From NCBI GenBank assembly GCA_019658995.1, contig JAIFWN010000004.1, forward strand, positions 1-38,182: DNA of 38,182 nucleotides, written 5' to 3'. This DNA is from Candidatus Parcubacteria bacterium (GTDB lineage Bacteria > Patescibacteriota > Minisyncoccia > Phycocordibacterales > Zambryskibacteraceae). The notes below the pieces were generated by a model. The model was given only the letters and a program-made list of their open reading frames with translations. It was not told where the DNA came from and made no database searches. This document shows, one piece after another, positions 25,915 to 34,552 of this stretch. Within the stretch, counting starts at the first letter, position 1. Each line of letters begins with the position of its first letter. The position numbers and the translations under genes are program-made.

Positions 25915-25937
25915 GCATACGAAAGTGTGCTCTTTTT
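25913..25937 (+). terminator. Rho-independent terminator
   Basis: The structure is gagcatac-gaaa-gtgtgctc (one G-U pair) followed by ttttt. It overlaps the GTG start of the long mscL ORF version, which argues for the later ATG. Confidence 0.65.
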
Positions 25938-25954
25938 ATTTCGTCTATAAGCTC

Positions 25955-26266
25955 ATGCGCGGATTCATACACTTTCTCCGTACTCAGGGCATAGTCGGAC
26001 TGGCTATCGGCTTTATCATCGGCGCCGCGGTAGCCAAGACTGTGACAGCCCTGGTCGACGACATTCTCACCCCTATCATTGGCATTTTTCTCGGCAAGGC
26101 CGGAGACATTTCCAAACTAACACTCGACATACACGGGGTAGTCTTCAAGTGGGGCGACTTTCTATCGAACCTTATAAACCTCATCATCATTGCGGCAGTC
26201 ATCTATTTCCTATTCCGCGCACTCAAACTCGACACCTTAGACGAGAAGAAGGAGTCCGCGAAATAG
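25955..26266 (+). CDS. mscL: Large-conductance mechanosensitive channel
   Basis: MRGFIHFLRTQGIVGLAIGFIIGAAVAKTVTALVDDILTPIIG is the classic MscL N-terminus and TM1. Confidence 0.85.
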   Translation: MRGFIHFLRTQGIVGLAIGFIIGAAVAKTVTALVDDILTPIIGIFLGKAGDISKLTLDIHGVVFKWGDFLSNLINLIIIAAVIYFLFRALKLDTLDEKKESAK

Positions 26267-26280
26267 GCTAAAATAGCCTG

Positions 26281-28437
26281 GTGAATCTTTCTGATAAACT
26301 GAGCACTCACTTCCGCATTTTGCCCGTGCAGGAAAAAGCCCTAAAGAGACTCGGAGTCGAGACTGTCGAGGATCTCCTCTACCACTTCCCCACACGCTAC
26401 GGTGATACTGCGGAAGTTACAAGCATCGCAAGCCTGAAGAAGGGCGACACCGCTACCATATTCGGCAAAATCTCCGGACTGAAGACCAGCAAAGCCTGGA
26501 AGAAGAAAATCCCGATGTCGGAGGCATACGTTAGCGACGGATCGGAGAGGATAAAGATAATCTGGTTCCATCAGCCGTATCTGGCCAAGATGCTCCACGA
26601 CGGAGCCGGCGTCAGAATCGAGGGAAAAGTGAGCGAAAGAAATGGAGAATTGTATTTATCCAATCCAAAAGTGGAGAACGTCGGCAAACTCCCCGAAGCC
26701 ATCGGGGTCTCGCTCTTCGGCAAGGACTCGGACGTGCACGCTCTCTACCCCGTCTACCCCGAGAGCCGCGGCGTGAGCTCCAACTGGATCTTCCACAAGA
26801 TTCAAAACATTTTCACTTCCAGAATTCTGGATGAAGTCGAGGATCCGATACCGGCGGATATTTTGAAAAAATTCTCCCTGCCGACACTCCGCACCGCTCT
26901 TGTCTGGATTCATACGCCGAAGAATGCCGAAGATGCCGAGAAGGCCCGCAAGCGCTTCGCTTTCGAGGAAGTCTTTATGATCCAGCTCGAGCGGCAGAAG
27001 GCCAGGCATGAATTTGCCGAGAGAAGCGCCTTCACCATAGATAAGAGCATGCAGGATGTGCAAAAGTTTATAGAACGCTTCCCATTCGAGGCAACAAGCG
27101 CTCAGCGGCGGGCCATAGAAGGTGCGCTCGAAGACTTCCGCCGCGGACATCCGATGGCACGGCTCCTCGAGGGCGATGTCGGAAGCGGTAAGACCGCCGT
27201 GGCCGCCACCCTCGCCTATGCAGTCACGACATCCAAGCCCAGAGATCAGAGCTTCGGCACTTTAGAAACCGCTTACATGGTACCGACGGAGATCCTGGCC
27301 CAGCAGCACTTCGAGTCGTTCATCAAATACTTCAGACACCTGCCGGTAAACATCGGTCTCATTACCGGAAGCGGGTGTAGAAAGTTTCCTTCCAAGGTCA
27401 ATCCCTCGGGCTGGACGGACATCTCGCGCTCACAGCTTCTTAAGTGGGTAGCAAACGGAGAGATCGCCGTACTCATAGGCACGCATGCCCTCATACAAAA
27501 GAGTGTGAAGTTCAAACACCTGGCCCTGGCCATCATCGACGAGCAACACCGCTTCGGCACCACTCAAAGACAGAAACTGACGACAAAAGATGGCGTTACT
27601 CCTCACCTGCTCTCTATGACCGCCACTCCCATACCCCGCACGCTTGCCCTTACTCTCTACGGCGACCTCGACCTCACGCTCCTCGATGAGATGCCGGCCG
27701 GGCGTAAGCAGATCATCACCGAAATAGTGACTCCAAACAAACGCGATGAGACTTACGAGAAGGTCCGCAAGGAACTCTCCAAAGGCCGCCAAGCATACGT
27801 AATATGCCCGCGCATCGACGAAGCCGACCCGACCAAAGAACTCGCCGTTCTGGCCAAGTCTGTCAATGAAGAAGCCAAGCGTCTGAAGCGAGATGTTTTC
27901 CCCGAGTACGAAATAGGTATTATGCATGGGAAAATTTCTCCAGCAGAGAAAGAGAAGGTTATGATGAATTTCAAGGCCGGTAAGATCGATATATTAGTCT
28001 CTACTTCAGTTGTGGAAGTGGGAGTAAACGTGGAGAATGCCTCGCTCATCATCATTGAGGGCGCTGAACGCTTCGGCCTCTCGCAACTGCATCAGCTCCG
28101 GGGCCGAGTGCTCCGCGGCACTCACCAACCCTACTGCTATGTGTTTACCGAGTCGAACTCCAAGCAGACTGTGGAGAGACTGAAGGCGCTTTCGACTGCC
28201 AAGAACGGCTTCGAGCTCGCCGAGTTTGATCTCAAGAATCGCGGATCAGGACAGCTCTACGGCGGCAAACAGTGGGGCATCTCAGACCTTGGCATGGAAG
28301 CTATCAAAAACCTGAAGATGGTCGAAGCCGCCCGCGATGAAGCCGCGAAAATCATAGACAAAGATCCGGATTTGAAAAAGTATCCCCTGCTTCGAACGCA
28401 TCTGGCCTCTTCCTTGCAAAAAATCCACTTCGAGTAG
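26281..28437 (+). CDS. recG: ATP-dependent DNA helicase RecG
   Basis: 718 aa with a GTG start. It has a wedge/OB N-terminal part, Walker A GDVGSGKT, DEQHRFG and helicase C motifs (QLHQLRGRVLRG). Confidence 0.9.
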   Translation: MNLSDKLSTHFRILPVQEKALKRLGVETVEDLLYHFPTRYGDTAEVTSIASLKKGDTATIFGKISGLKTSKAWKKKIPMSEAYVSDGSERIKIIWFHQPYLAKMLHDGAGVRIEGKVSERNGELYLSNPKVENVGKLPEAIGVSLFGKDSDVHALYPVYPESRGVSSNWIFHKIQNIFTSRILDEVEDPIPADILKKFSLPTLRTALVWIHTPKNAEDAEKARKRFAFEEVFMIQLERQKARHEFAERSAFTIDKSMQDVQKFIERFPFEATSAQRRAIEGALEDFRRGHPMARLLEGDVGSGKTAVAATLAYAVTTSKPRDQSFGTLETAYMVPTEILAQQHFESFIKYFRHLPVNIGLITGSGCRKFPSKVNPSGWTDISRSQLLKWVANGEIAVLIGTHALIQKSVKFKHLALAIIDEQHRFGTTQRQKLTTKDGVTPHLLSMTATPIPRTLALTLYGDLDLTLLDEMPAGRKQIITEIVTPNKRDETYEKVRKELSKGRQAYVICPRIDEADPTKELAVLAKSVNEEAKRLKRDVFPEYEIGIMHGKISPAEKEKVMMNFKAGKIDILVSTSVVEVGVNVENASLIIIEGAERFGLSQLHQLRGRVLRGTHQPYCYVFTESNSKQTVERLKALSTAKNGFELAEFDLKNRGSGQLYGGKQWGISDLGMEAIKNLKMVEAARDEAAKIIDKDPDLKKYPLLRTHLASSLQKIHFE

Positions 28438-28494
28438 AGTATTAGCCCAGTTCTTTCAACCGCCGCAAATAGCGCGGCATAAAAAGGAGAGGTT

Positions 28495-29412
28495 ATGCTT
28501 CATCCGCTAGCTGCAGAAGAAATTCTTCCGCTTGAGGGCTGGACTCAGTGGCTTGAGCAATGGAAAGCGACTAAGACCGCCGAAGAACGCCACGGTCTTC
28601 TCCACGTCGGATTCGACGTTCGTACCAAGGAGGGCCAGTATGCCGAGAGGATCATTTTCTTCCTCTCCATAGCTGAAGGGCATGATGAGCTTTACCTGCA
28701 TTTCAGAACAGAAGAAGAAATACGGTTCATCAATTCCGGATTTCCGAAGACGAATTCCGAAGCACGGAAGAGGGTCTCCCGCAAGGCTTTCGACGAGCTC
28801 TGCATGCACTTCTTCAAAAAGGAAATTCCCGACAGCAAAGCGATCTTCACGGCGTGGAAAGTTCAGGAGATCTCAGTCGTGCTGGAAGAGCTTCTCCACT
28901 TCTTCCGGATAAAGAACGGGCGGATTTACAACCTGCCTCTGACTCTGGAGAAGGATCACAACGGCGAGATCGCCAAAGAATTCCTGATCAATCTCATCAA
29001 GCTGGGATGGAATGCTCCCCAGTACCACGAGCACATCAAGCCGGAGGAGATCGAACGCTTCGAAGCTGCCCGGCCGACCTTTGTTGAGATGCTCTGCACT
29101 CTGCATCGCCCGGACCTTCTGCTCACGCACGATTTCTGCCATGGCATGTTCAGGGCACCAGACCCGATCGATGGAGTCTCCTTTGCCAAGCTCAAGGAGA
29201 TCGTGATGAGCAAGGAGATCCATGTTCCCTATGAGGACGGGCCGCGTCCGCCCAGGAGCATGGCCGAAGCGGTAGCTTGCGGATCTCGCGAAGCCATCGT
29301 CCTCCAGACTCTCGCGATCCGGGCATCGGAGTTCGACCGCTTACGGCGCATCGCCGAGCTCCAGGAGGAGCAAGAGCGAGCGAGAAGCGAGTTAGCGAAG
29401 CTCGAGACTTAA
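28495..29412 (+). CDS. Hypothetical protein (305 aa)
   Basis: It has a strong SD (AAAAGGAGaggttATG) and a strong terminator after the stop. No family was recognised. Confidence 0.6.
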   Translation: MLHPLAAEEILPLEGWTQWLEQWKATKTAEERHGLLHVGFDVRTKEGQYAERIIFFLSIAEGHDELYLHFRTEEEIRFINSGFPKTNSEARKRVSRKAFDELCMHFFKKEIPDSKAIFTAWKVQEISVVLEELLHFFRIKNGRIYNLPLTLEKDHNGEIAKEFLINLIKLGWNAPQYHEHIKPEEIERFEAARPTFVEMLCTLHRPDLLLTHDFCHGMFRAPDPIDGVSFAKLKEIVMSKEIHVPYEDGPRPPRSMAEAVACGSREAIVLQTLAIRASEFDRLRRIAELQEEQERARSELAKLET

Positions 29413-29418
29413 TCACCG

Positions 29419-29447
29419 GCGGCGGGACAATATCCCGCCGCTTTTTT
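29419..29447 (+). terminator. Rho-independent terminator
   Basis: A 9-bp stem, gcggcggga-caata-tcccgccgc, is followed by tttttt. Confidence 0.8.
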
Positions 29448-29455
29448 ATTTGTAT

Positions 29456-29480
29456 AAAAAAGCTCGACTACTTGTCGAGC
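29456..29480 (-). terminator. Rho-independent terminator for the minus-strand gene
   Basis: The hairpin is gctcgac-tactt-gtcgagc. The A run at 29456-29461 gives a T-tract on the minus strand. The hairpin overlaps the stop codon. Confidence 0.55.
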
Positions 29481-29812
29481 AATTTGAGAAATTCTATGAG
29501 ATGGAAACGGTACACCAGCGTGCTGGCAGACACTGCACCGCAGAAGAAAGCGGAGAAGATGCCGAGAATAATTGCCGCGTTCTGCCATGGTGAACGGTTC
29601 ACAATGGCAAGAATACACCAAGTGACAAAACCGAGTGAAAGCAAGCAAAGCGATACCGCCACCCATACTGGCGCATTGCCAGTGATCGCTCCGATAAAGA
29701 CGAACAGAGCGGAAACAAAAGCTGTGAAGAACAGATCATAGAGATTATCGAAAGTGATCATCCATCTTGGCAGCCTTGGGCCAGAACTAACGGTAACTCC
29801 ATCGGTACTCAT
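29468..29812 (-). CDS. Hypothetical small membrane protein
   Basis: I use the internal ATG at 29812, preceded by AGGAGGaagc. The product is 114 aa with three hydrophobic helices. The longer track ORF (to 30097) would run antisense through the DUF2784 gene. Confidence 0.55.
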   Translation of the reverse strand: MSTDGVTVSSGPRLPRWMITFDNLYDLFFTAFVSALFVFIGAITGNAPVWVAVSLCLLSLGFVTWCILAIVNRSPWQNAAIILGIFSAFFCGAVSASTLVYRFHLIEFLKLLDK

Positions 29813-29887
29813 GCTTCCTCCTGGAAGAAGTTCTGAGCAGAACTTACTCTTTCCGACCAAGCATGTCAATGTGTTAGAATTAATTTC

Positions 29888-30328
29888 GTGAATTACGAAG
29901 TTCTTGCCAATCTCACTGCAATTACGCACATCGTCCTCGTCTTTGCCGTTCTTGCCGGTATTCTCATCTCCATTCGCTACAAACGCTTCCGCCCGTGGGA
30001 GGCGGCGGCGGTGCTCATTGTTATCGTCTTCTGGTCTCTTTATGGCAACTGCCCGCTCACCCTCGTCGAGTCGCACTTCCGCGACCTGGCCGGACACTCA
30101 CTGCCTCTCCTGGTGCAGAAAGGCTTCCTCCCCTATTACATAAACAAATTCTTAAGTCTCAATCTCCCCGGTCCGGTGATCGGACGCTTTACCTATTTTG
30201 TCGGCGGCATCTTCTTCCTCGCCTCTATCGAGTGGCTCTCGCCATACATCAACTTTGAGATTTTCAAGCTTCGGAGGCTCCTCAGAAAAACTCCCAAACG
30301 CCACTTGACAAGAGCTAATAGAGTGTAG
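29888..30328 (+). CDS. DUF2784-like membrane protein
   Basis: 146 aa with a GTG start. It has hydrophobic helices and the central GNCPLTLVESHFRDLAG segment I associate with DUF2784. Confidence 0.5.
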   Translation: MNYEVLANLTAITHIVLVFAVLAGILISIRYKRFRPWEAAAVLIVIVFWSLYGNCPLTLVESHFRDLAGHSLPLLVQKGFLPYYINKFLSLNLPGPVIGRFTYFVGGIFFLASIEWLSPYINFEIFKLRRLLRKTPKRHLTRANRV

Positions 30329-30334
30329 TATAAT
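30305..30334 (+). promoter_or_regulatory. Consensus sigma-70 promoter (TTGACA-N18-TATAAT)
   Basis: TTGACA at 30305-30310 and TATAAT at 30329-30334. It lies about 40 nt upstream of the lipoprotein ATG and is embedded in the 3' end of the DUF2784-like CDS. Confidence 0.55.
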
Positions 30335-30374
30335 ATTAAAAGAAGTCCCCCACACCCAACACGGAGAATTGCAC

Positions 30375-30794
30375 ATGCGATTCCGTAACATCGTCCCGCT
30401 TCTGGCTTTCGCCCTGGCCTCAGCCTGCCGAGACTCGACCGCACCCGTTGATCCGATCATGGAGGTGCACCTCTCCCCCTTTCAGCAGGAGGAGATCACC
30501 ACCAGCGTGTTCTCGTTCCAGGAAAACGAGATGATCTTCACGGCTCCGGTCGGCGTCGATCCGGTCGTCGATCTCAGCTGGGACAAGGTTGGGACCAGCT
30601 CACCGGATCTCAAGGTCTTCGAACCCGAGATGATCCGGGATCCTGAACACATCTGCCAGTCGTCATGCACCAAGGTGACCTGGAGATATCGGGTCCAGTT
30701 CTATGCCCGGGATTTCGGCGAAGCAGTCTTCACGGCCACGCTTCGCTTGAATCCAAGCGAGAAGAGCGTCTTTAAAGTAATTGCCCGGAGATAA
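30375..30794 (+). CDS. Putative lipoprotein
   Basis: The ATG at 30375 is preceded by GGAG with an 8-nt spacing. The signal MRFRNIVPLLAFALASAC has a lipobox-like ASAC. A long hairpin terminator follows. Confidence 0.6.
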   Translation: MRFRNIVPLLAFALASACRDSTAPVDPIMEVHLSPFQQEEITTSVFSFQENEMIFTAPVGVDPVVDLSWDKVGTSSPDLKVFEPEMIRDPEHICQSSCTKVTWRYRVQFYARDFGEAVFTATLRLNPSEKSVFKVIARR

Positions 30795-30804
30795 TGTCTT
30801 CCAA

Positions 30805-30845
30805 GACCTCCCCCGACCATCACTATTGGTCGGCGGAGGTCTTTT
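30805..30845 (+). terminator. Rho-independent terminator (long hairpin)
   Basis: gacctcccccgacc (30805-30818) pairs with ggtcggcggaggtc (30828-30841). That gives 13 bp with one mismatch and a 9-nt loop, followed by tttt. Confidence 0.7.
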
Positions 30846-30864
30846 GTTATATTATCTTCGACAA

Positions 30865-30938
30865 CCGCCCTTAGCTCAGTTGGTTAGAGCACAGAGCTTA
30901 TACCTCTGGGGTCCTTGGTTCGAATCCAAGAGGGCGGA
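30865..30938 (+). tRNA. tRNA-Ile with anticodon UAU, CCA not encoded
   Basis: Folded by hand. The acceptor CCGCCCT pairs with AGGGCGG. The D-arm is GCTC-AGTTGGTTA-GAGC. The anticodon stem CAGAG pairs with CTCTG and the loop is C-T-TAT-A-C. The T-arm is CTTGG-TTCGAAT-CCAAG. The discriminator is A. Confidence 0.8.
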
Positions 30939-30995
30939 CAATCCTCGGAAACCCACGGTTTTCCGACGCTCGCTTCTCGAGCTGCCTTCCTCCAC

Positions 30996-31015
30996 GGGAG
31001 AACAGCTGTTCTCCC
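30996..31015. repeat. Perfect 20-nt palindrome
   Basis: gggagaacagctgttctccc is fully self-complementary. It lies in the 122-nt non-coding gap after tRNA-Ile and no T-tract follows it. Confidence 0.9.
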
Positions 31016-31060
31016 GACCCCACTCGTCTTCGCTTTGCGAAGCTCTGTTATACTAATTTT

Positions 31061-31354
31061 ATGCAAAACGAAAAGAAACTCTGGTTCAAAGCCAAGAAGT
31101 TCGGCTGGGGATGGACACCCACAAGCTGGCAGGGCTGGGTCATTACCGCAATTTACATCATCGGCCTTCTGCATCTCGTTTTTGAAGCCGACGTCGAGCA
31201 CTCCGGAGGCGGATTTCTCATCAACTTCGCGTTCGATTTCCTCATCCTGACTATCCCCTTCCTCATCATCTGCTATCTCAAGGGCGAAAGGCCGCACTGG
31301 CGATGGGACGGTGTGGACAAAGATCATACTCAAACACCGTCAACTTCGCTATAG
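31061..31354 (+). CDS. Hypothetical small membrane protein
   Basis: 97 aa. It has KKFGWGWTPTSWQGWVITAIYIIGLL and a second helix. Confidence 0.55.
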   Translation: MQNEKKLWFKAKKFGWGWTPTSWQGWVITAIYIIGLLHLVFEADVEHSGGGFLINFAFDFLILTIPFLIICYLKGERPHWRWDGVDKDHTQTPSTSL

Positions 31355-31385
31355 TTGAGCTAGGGTTTATCAGTAATAAATAAAT

Positions 31386-31580
31386 ATGAAGCTTCACAAG
31401 ATTGCTTTTATCCTTCTTATCATCGGAGGTCTCAACTGGGGACTGACAGCTCTGGTAAGCGGATGGGACTTGGCTAACTACATCGGCGACGGCGTCGCTC
31501 AGGTAGTCTATATCCTCGTCGGCATCTCGGCTTTGGTCGAGGTCTTCGGCCACAAGAAAAACTGCAAAGAGTGCATGTAA
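31386..31580 (+). CDS. DUF378 family small membrane protein
   Basis: 64 aa. LLIIGGLNWGLTAL...VVYILVGISAL is the DUF378 pattern. Confidence 0.7.
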   Translation: MKLHKIAFILLIIGGLNWGLTALVSGWDLANYIGDGVAQVVYILVGISALVEVFGHKKNCKECM

Positions 31581-31582
31581 AC

Positions 31583-31608
31583 AAAAAAGCCCCTTCGGGG
31601 GCTTTTTT
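31583..31608. terminator. Bidirectional rho-independent terminator
   Basis: The structure is aaaaaa-gcccc-ttcg-ggggc-tttttt. It sits between the convergent DUF378 and ftsH genes. Confidence 0.8.
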
Positions 31609-31634
31609 GTTTATCCTGAGAGTTAGTCACAGGA

Positions 31635-33626
31635 CTACGGCTGGTGCTCGATATCTTTCTTCCTTTTCAGCTTGATTTTGTGGGAGATCAGGATCTCCTC
31701 GAACTCCTTCTGCTCTATGGTCTCGACCTCTACCAGCTTCTTGGCAATGTCGTCGAGAGCGTCACGATACTCGTGAATAATGCGGGCGGCGCGCTTCAGT
31801 GCTTCATCAATAATTTTCGAAACTTCGGCATCTATCTTTGCTCCCACTTCCTCGGAGTATCCCCTTTCTTCGAAGTGCTGTCCCGGCAGCGGACGTCCGG
31901 CTTCTCTCTCATAGGCTATAGGTCCCATCTTGTCGCTCATGCCGTACTTAGTTACCATGTCGCGAGCCAGAGCCGAAGCTACCTGCAGATCGTTACTTGG
32001 TCCGGTGGAGACATCTCCGAAAATATTTTTCTCTACCACATAGCCTGCGAGTGTGACCGTGATGTCGTCGATGAACTCTTTTTTCGACTGTAGCTTATTC
32101 TCCTCAATCGGGAGCTTGAAGACGTAGCCGAGCGCCCTCCCTCGCGAAATAATGGATATCTTGTGCACCGGATCCGCGTAAGGGAGCACCGATGCCACCA
32201 GCGCATGTCCTCCCTCGTGATAAGCAATGATTTCTTTTTCTTTCTTATTCAGGAGGAAACTCTTGCGCTCCGGACCGATCATCACCTTCTCTATGGAGCG
32301 TATGAGATCAAACTGCCCGACCTTGGTGCGGTTCTCGCGCGCCGCAAGGATGGCTGCCTCGTTCATGAGAGAGTAGAGATCGGCACCAGAGAATCCCGGC
32401 GTGCGCTCGGCGATGAGGGTGAGATTCACATCCTCGGCGAAAGGCTTCTTCCTTGCATGTATTTTCAAAATTTCTTCGCGGTCCTTCCGGTCCGGAAGGT
32501 CGAGAGTGACCCGGCGGTCGAAGCGTCCGGGGCGGAGCAGCGCCGGATCAAGAACGTCGGGCCTGTTTGTCGCGGCCATGACGATGACCTTCTCATTGGG
32601 CTCGAAGCCGTCCATCTCTACGAGGATCTGGTTCAGTGTCTGCTCGCGCTCGTCATTACCTCCGCCCATACCGCTGCCACGCACGCGGCCTACCGCATCT
32701 ATCTCGTCCACGAAGATGATGGCCGGAGAGGACTTCTTGGCAAGGTCGAAGAGATCGCGCACGCGCGACGCTCCCACACCCACGAACATCTCGACAAATT
32801 CCGATCCGGAAATGGAGAAGAAGGAAACTCCGGCTTCCCCCGCCACCGCTCTGGCGAGCATTGTTTTACCCGTGCCGGGAGCGCCCATAAGAAGAATGCC
32901 CTTAGGGATGCGTGCCCCTATATCCAGGAACTTCTTCGGATTCTTCAAAAAGTCGACAATCTCAGAGAGCTCTTCCTTGGCCTCCTTGGCACCGGCCACA
33001 TCCTTGAAAGTGATTCTCTGAACCTTGTCGTCCGGCCGTATCATCCTGGCCTTACTCTGCCCGAAGGAGAAGGCCTGCATGCCCGCACCCTTCACTTGTC
33101 TTGAAATAAACCAGAGAAAGAAGATGACGAAAAGAATCGGCAATATAATCGGCGCGAGAGAGAGGATCCAGAAGCCCAGACCCTGGTTGTTCTCCACTGA
33201 GATCTTGACCTTGTTCAAGGCGTCGGTAGGAACTTTGTAATTGGCGAGAGTGGTGGTAAGCGCCGTACTCTCCTCCTTCTTCGATGACTTCTCCGTACCA
33301 TCCTTGTACTTCACGCTAATGCTATCGCCCTTAACCACGATCTCACTCACCAGGCTCTGAGTGACATCTCTTGCCAGATCGGAGATGGAAACAGTCTCGC
33401 TGCCGGTGCCTACACCAGAGAGTGCCGAGTAGGTGCTTGCAAGAACCACGAAGACGATGACTGCGATAACGGCCTGCTTGAGGAAACCGTTGCCCGGAAT
33501 GGGACCCTTAGGGGGCTTGGGCTGGAGTCTCTTGCGCCTGTCTCCCTGCCTCCGGTCTTCCGCTTCGCTCTGTCTTCTTTCTTCTTTTGATAGATTATTC
33601 TCTGCCATATTTCCGCATGCTATCAT
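31635..33626 (-). CDS. ftsH: ATP-dependent zinc metalloprotease FtsH
   Basis: 663 aa. It has two TM helices, Walker A GAPGTGKT, an SRH region and the zinc motif HEGGHA. The start may be the ATG at 33608 (MAENNL). Confidence 0.95.
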   Translation of the reverse strand: MIACGNMAENNLSKEERRQSEAEDRRQGDRRKRLQPKPPKGPIPGNGFLKQAVIAVIVFVVLASTYSALSGVGTGSETVSISDLARDVTQSLVSEIVVKGDSISVKYKDGTEKSSKKEESTALTTTLANYKVPTDALNKVKISVENNQGLGFWILSLAPIILPILFVIFFLWFISRQVKGAGMQAFSFGQSKARMIRPDDKVQRITFKDVAGAKEAKEELSEIVDFLKNPKKFLDIGARIPKGILLMGAPGTGKTMLARAVAGEAGVSFFSISGSEFVEMFVGVGASRVRDLFDLAKKSSPAIIFVDEIDAVGRVRGSGMGGGNDEREQTLNQILVEMDGFEPNEKVIVMAATNRPDVLDPALLRPGRFDRRVTLDLPDRKDREEILKIHARKKPFAEDVNLTLIAERTPGFSGADLYSLMNEAAILAARENRTKVGQFDLIRSIEKVMIGPERKSFLLNKKEKEIIAYHEGGHALVASVLPYADPVHKISIISRGRALGYVFKLPIEENKLQSKKEFIDDITVTLAGYVVEKNIFGDVSTGPSNDLQVASALARDMVTKYGMSDKMGPIAYEREAGRPLPGQHFEERGYSEEVGAKIDAEVSKIIDEALKRAARIIHEYRDALDDIAKKLVEVETIEQKEFEEILISHKIKLKRKKDIEHQP

Positions 33627-33634
33627 TCTCTCTA

Positions 33635-34072
33635 ATGACTGTCTACGCCGAGAATCGCAAAGCCAGGTTCGATTTCGAATTGCTTGAAAAGTTTACCGCC
33701 GGTATCGAACTTTCCGGGCCGGAAGTGAAGAGCGTGCGGGCCGGGCGCGCGAGTTTGGCCGGCTCTTACGTCTCCATAAGAGGAGGCGAAGCCTATCTTC
33801 TCGGTGCTGAAGTGGCTCCCTATCAGCCCAAGAACCAGCCAGAGGACTATGACGCGGCAAGGGCGCGTAAGTTACTGCTCGCCCGCGCGGAAATCGCCAA
33901 ATTGGCCGAAGCTGAGGCCACTAAAGGCTTGACAATTGTACCGATCTCGGTGTATAATAAAGGCAGGTTCATCAAACTCGACGTCGCCATAGCTCGCGGC
34001 AGGAAGAAGTTCGACAAACGCGAAGCCATAAAGAAGCGCGACACCGAGCGGGACCTAAAGAGGACTTTGTAA
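33635..34072 (+). CDS. smpB: SsrA-binding protein
   Basis: The ATG at 33635 gives MTVYAENRKARFDFELLEKFTAGIELSGPEVKS, a typical SmpB N-terminus. It has a basic C-terminal tail. The tmRNA gene follows. Confidence 0.9.
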   Translation: MTVYAENRKARFDFELLEKFTAGIELSGPEVKSVRAGRASLAGSYVSIRGGEAYLLGAEVAPYQPKNQPEDYDAARARKLLLARAEIAKLAEAEATKGLTIVPISVYNKGRFIKLDVAIARGRKKFDKREAIKKRDTERDLKRTL

Positions 34073-34102
34073 ACTTGCCACGCCACGGCGGGGTGAACAT
34101 AT

Positions 34103-34507
34103 GGGGATGATCGGCCTAGACAAGGCGACTCATCGGATTGACGCGCGAGAGAGCCGAAGTGACTCTCTAATCCGCTTCAAACTTCAACTGCAAACAAAAT
34201 TGCAAGAACCGTTTCTCCGTATTTTACGGCAAACGACTTCGAGTTCGCTTACGTTAGAGCTTAAGCTCGCGTAGCGCGTGGCCTCCGGGTGTGTCTCGAA
34301 CCCGGTACGTCGCGGAATATCCGAGACTCTGAAATTAAGCCTCCTCGCTTAGTTTCGAAACAATGAGGATAGAGTGCCGAGAGCTTTCGTTTGTTTTGTA
34401 TCTCGTCGCTTGATCCGCCAGCCGGCGGACAATGAAGCAAACTACCTAGCGTAGACCTCAATCCGATCTCATCTTGCACCCGGGTTCAATTCCCGGCATC
34501 TCCACCA
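34103..34507 (+). ncRNA. ssrA: tmRNA (transfer-messenger RNA), CCA encoded
   Basis: The 5' end is GGGGATGATCGGCCTAGACAAGG. The 3' end is GGTTCAATTCCCGGCATCTCCACCA. The acceptor stem contains a G3-U pair. The candidate tag ORF GCA AAC GAC TTC GAG TTC GCT TAC GTT AGA GCT TAA (34229-34264) encodes ANDFEFAYVRA. Confidence 0.85.
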
Positions 34508-34514
34508 AAGAAAA

Positions 34515-34537
34515 ACCGCCCCTTCCGGGGCGGTTTT
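34515..34537. terminator. Rho-independent terminator after ssrA
   Basis: The hairpin is accgcccc-ttcc-ggggcggt, with the T-tract (34534-34537) overlapping the last stem base. An A run on the left side could serve the convergent minus-strand gene. Confidence 0.75.
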
Positions 34538-34552
34538 CGTTAGCGCAAGGTA

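Noticed and set aside
29468-30097. Long 209-aa version of the minus-strand ORF
   Set aside because: Its first ~95 aa are hydrophilic and low-complexity and run antisense through the DUF2784-like gene. An internal ATG at 29812 with an AGGAGG SD gives a coherent membrane protein.
22496-30794. The idea that the strongly punctuated plus-strand genes (22496, 24718, 25264, 28495, 30375) form GC-rich foreign cassettes
   Set aside because: Hand counts of sample stretches gave G+C close to the surrounding housekeeping genes. Only their strong SD, promoter and terminator punctuation stands out, and that is reported separately.
30884-31333. 149-aa minus-strand and 111-aa plus-strand ORFs around tRNA-Ile
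   Set aside because: They overlap the tRNA gene and the palindrome-containing spacer and run antisense to the 97-aa membrane protein gene. Neither has a ribosome-binding site or a recognisable motif.
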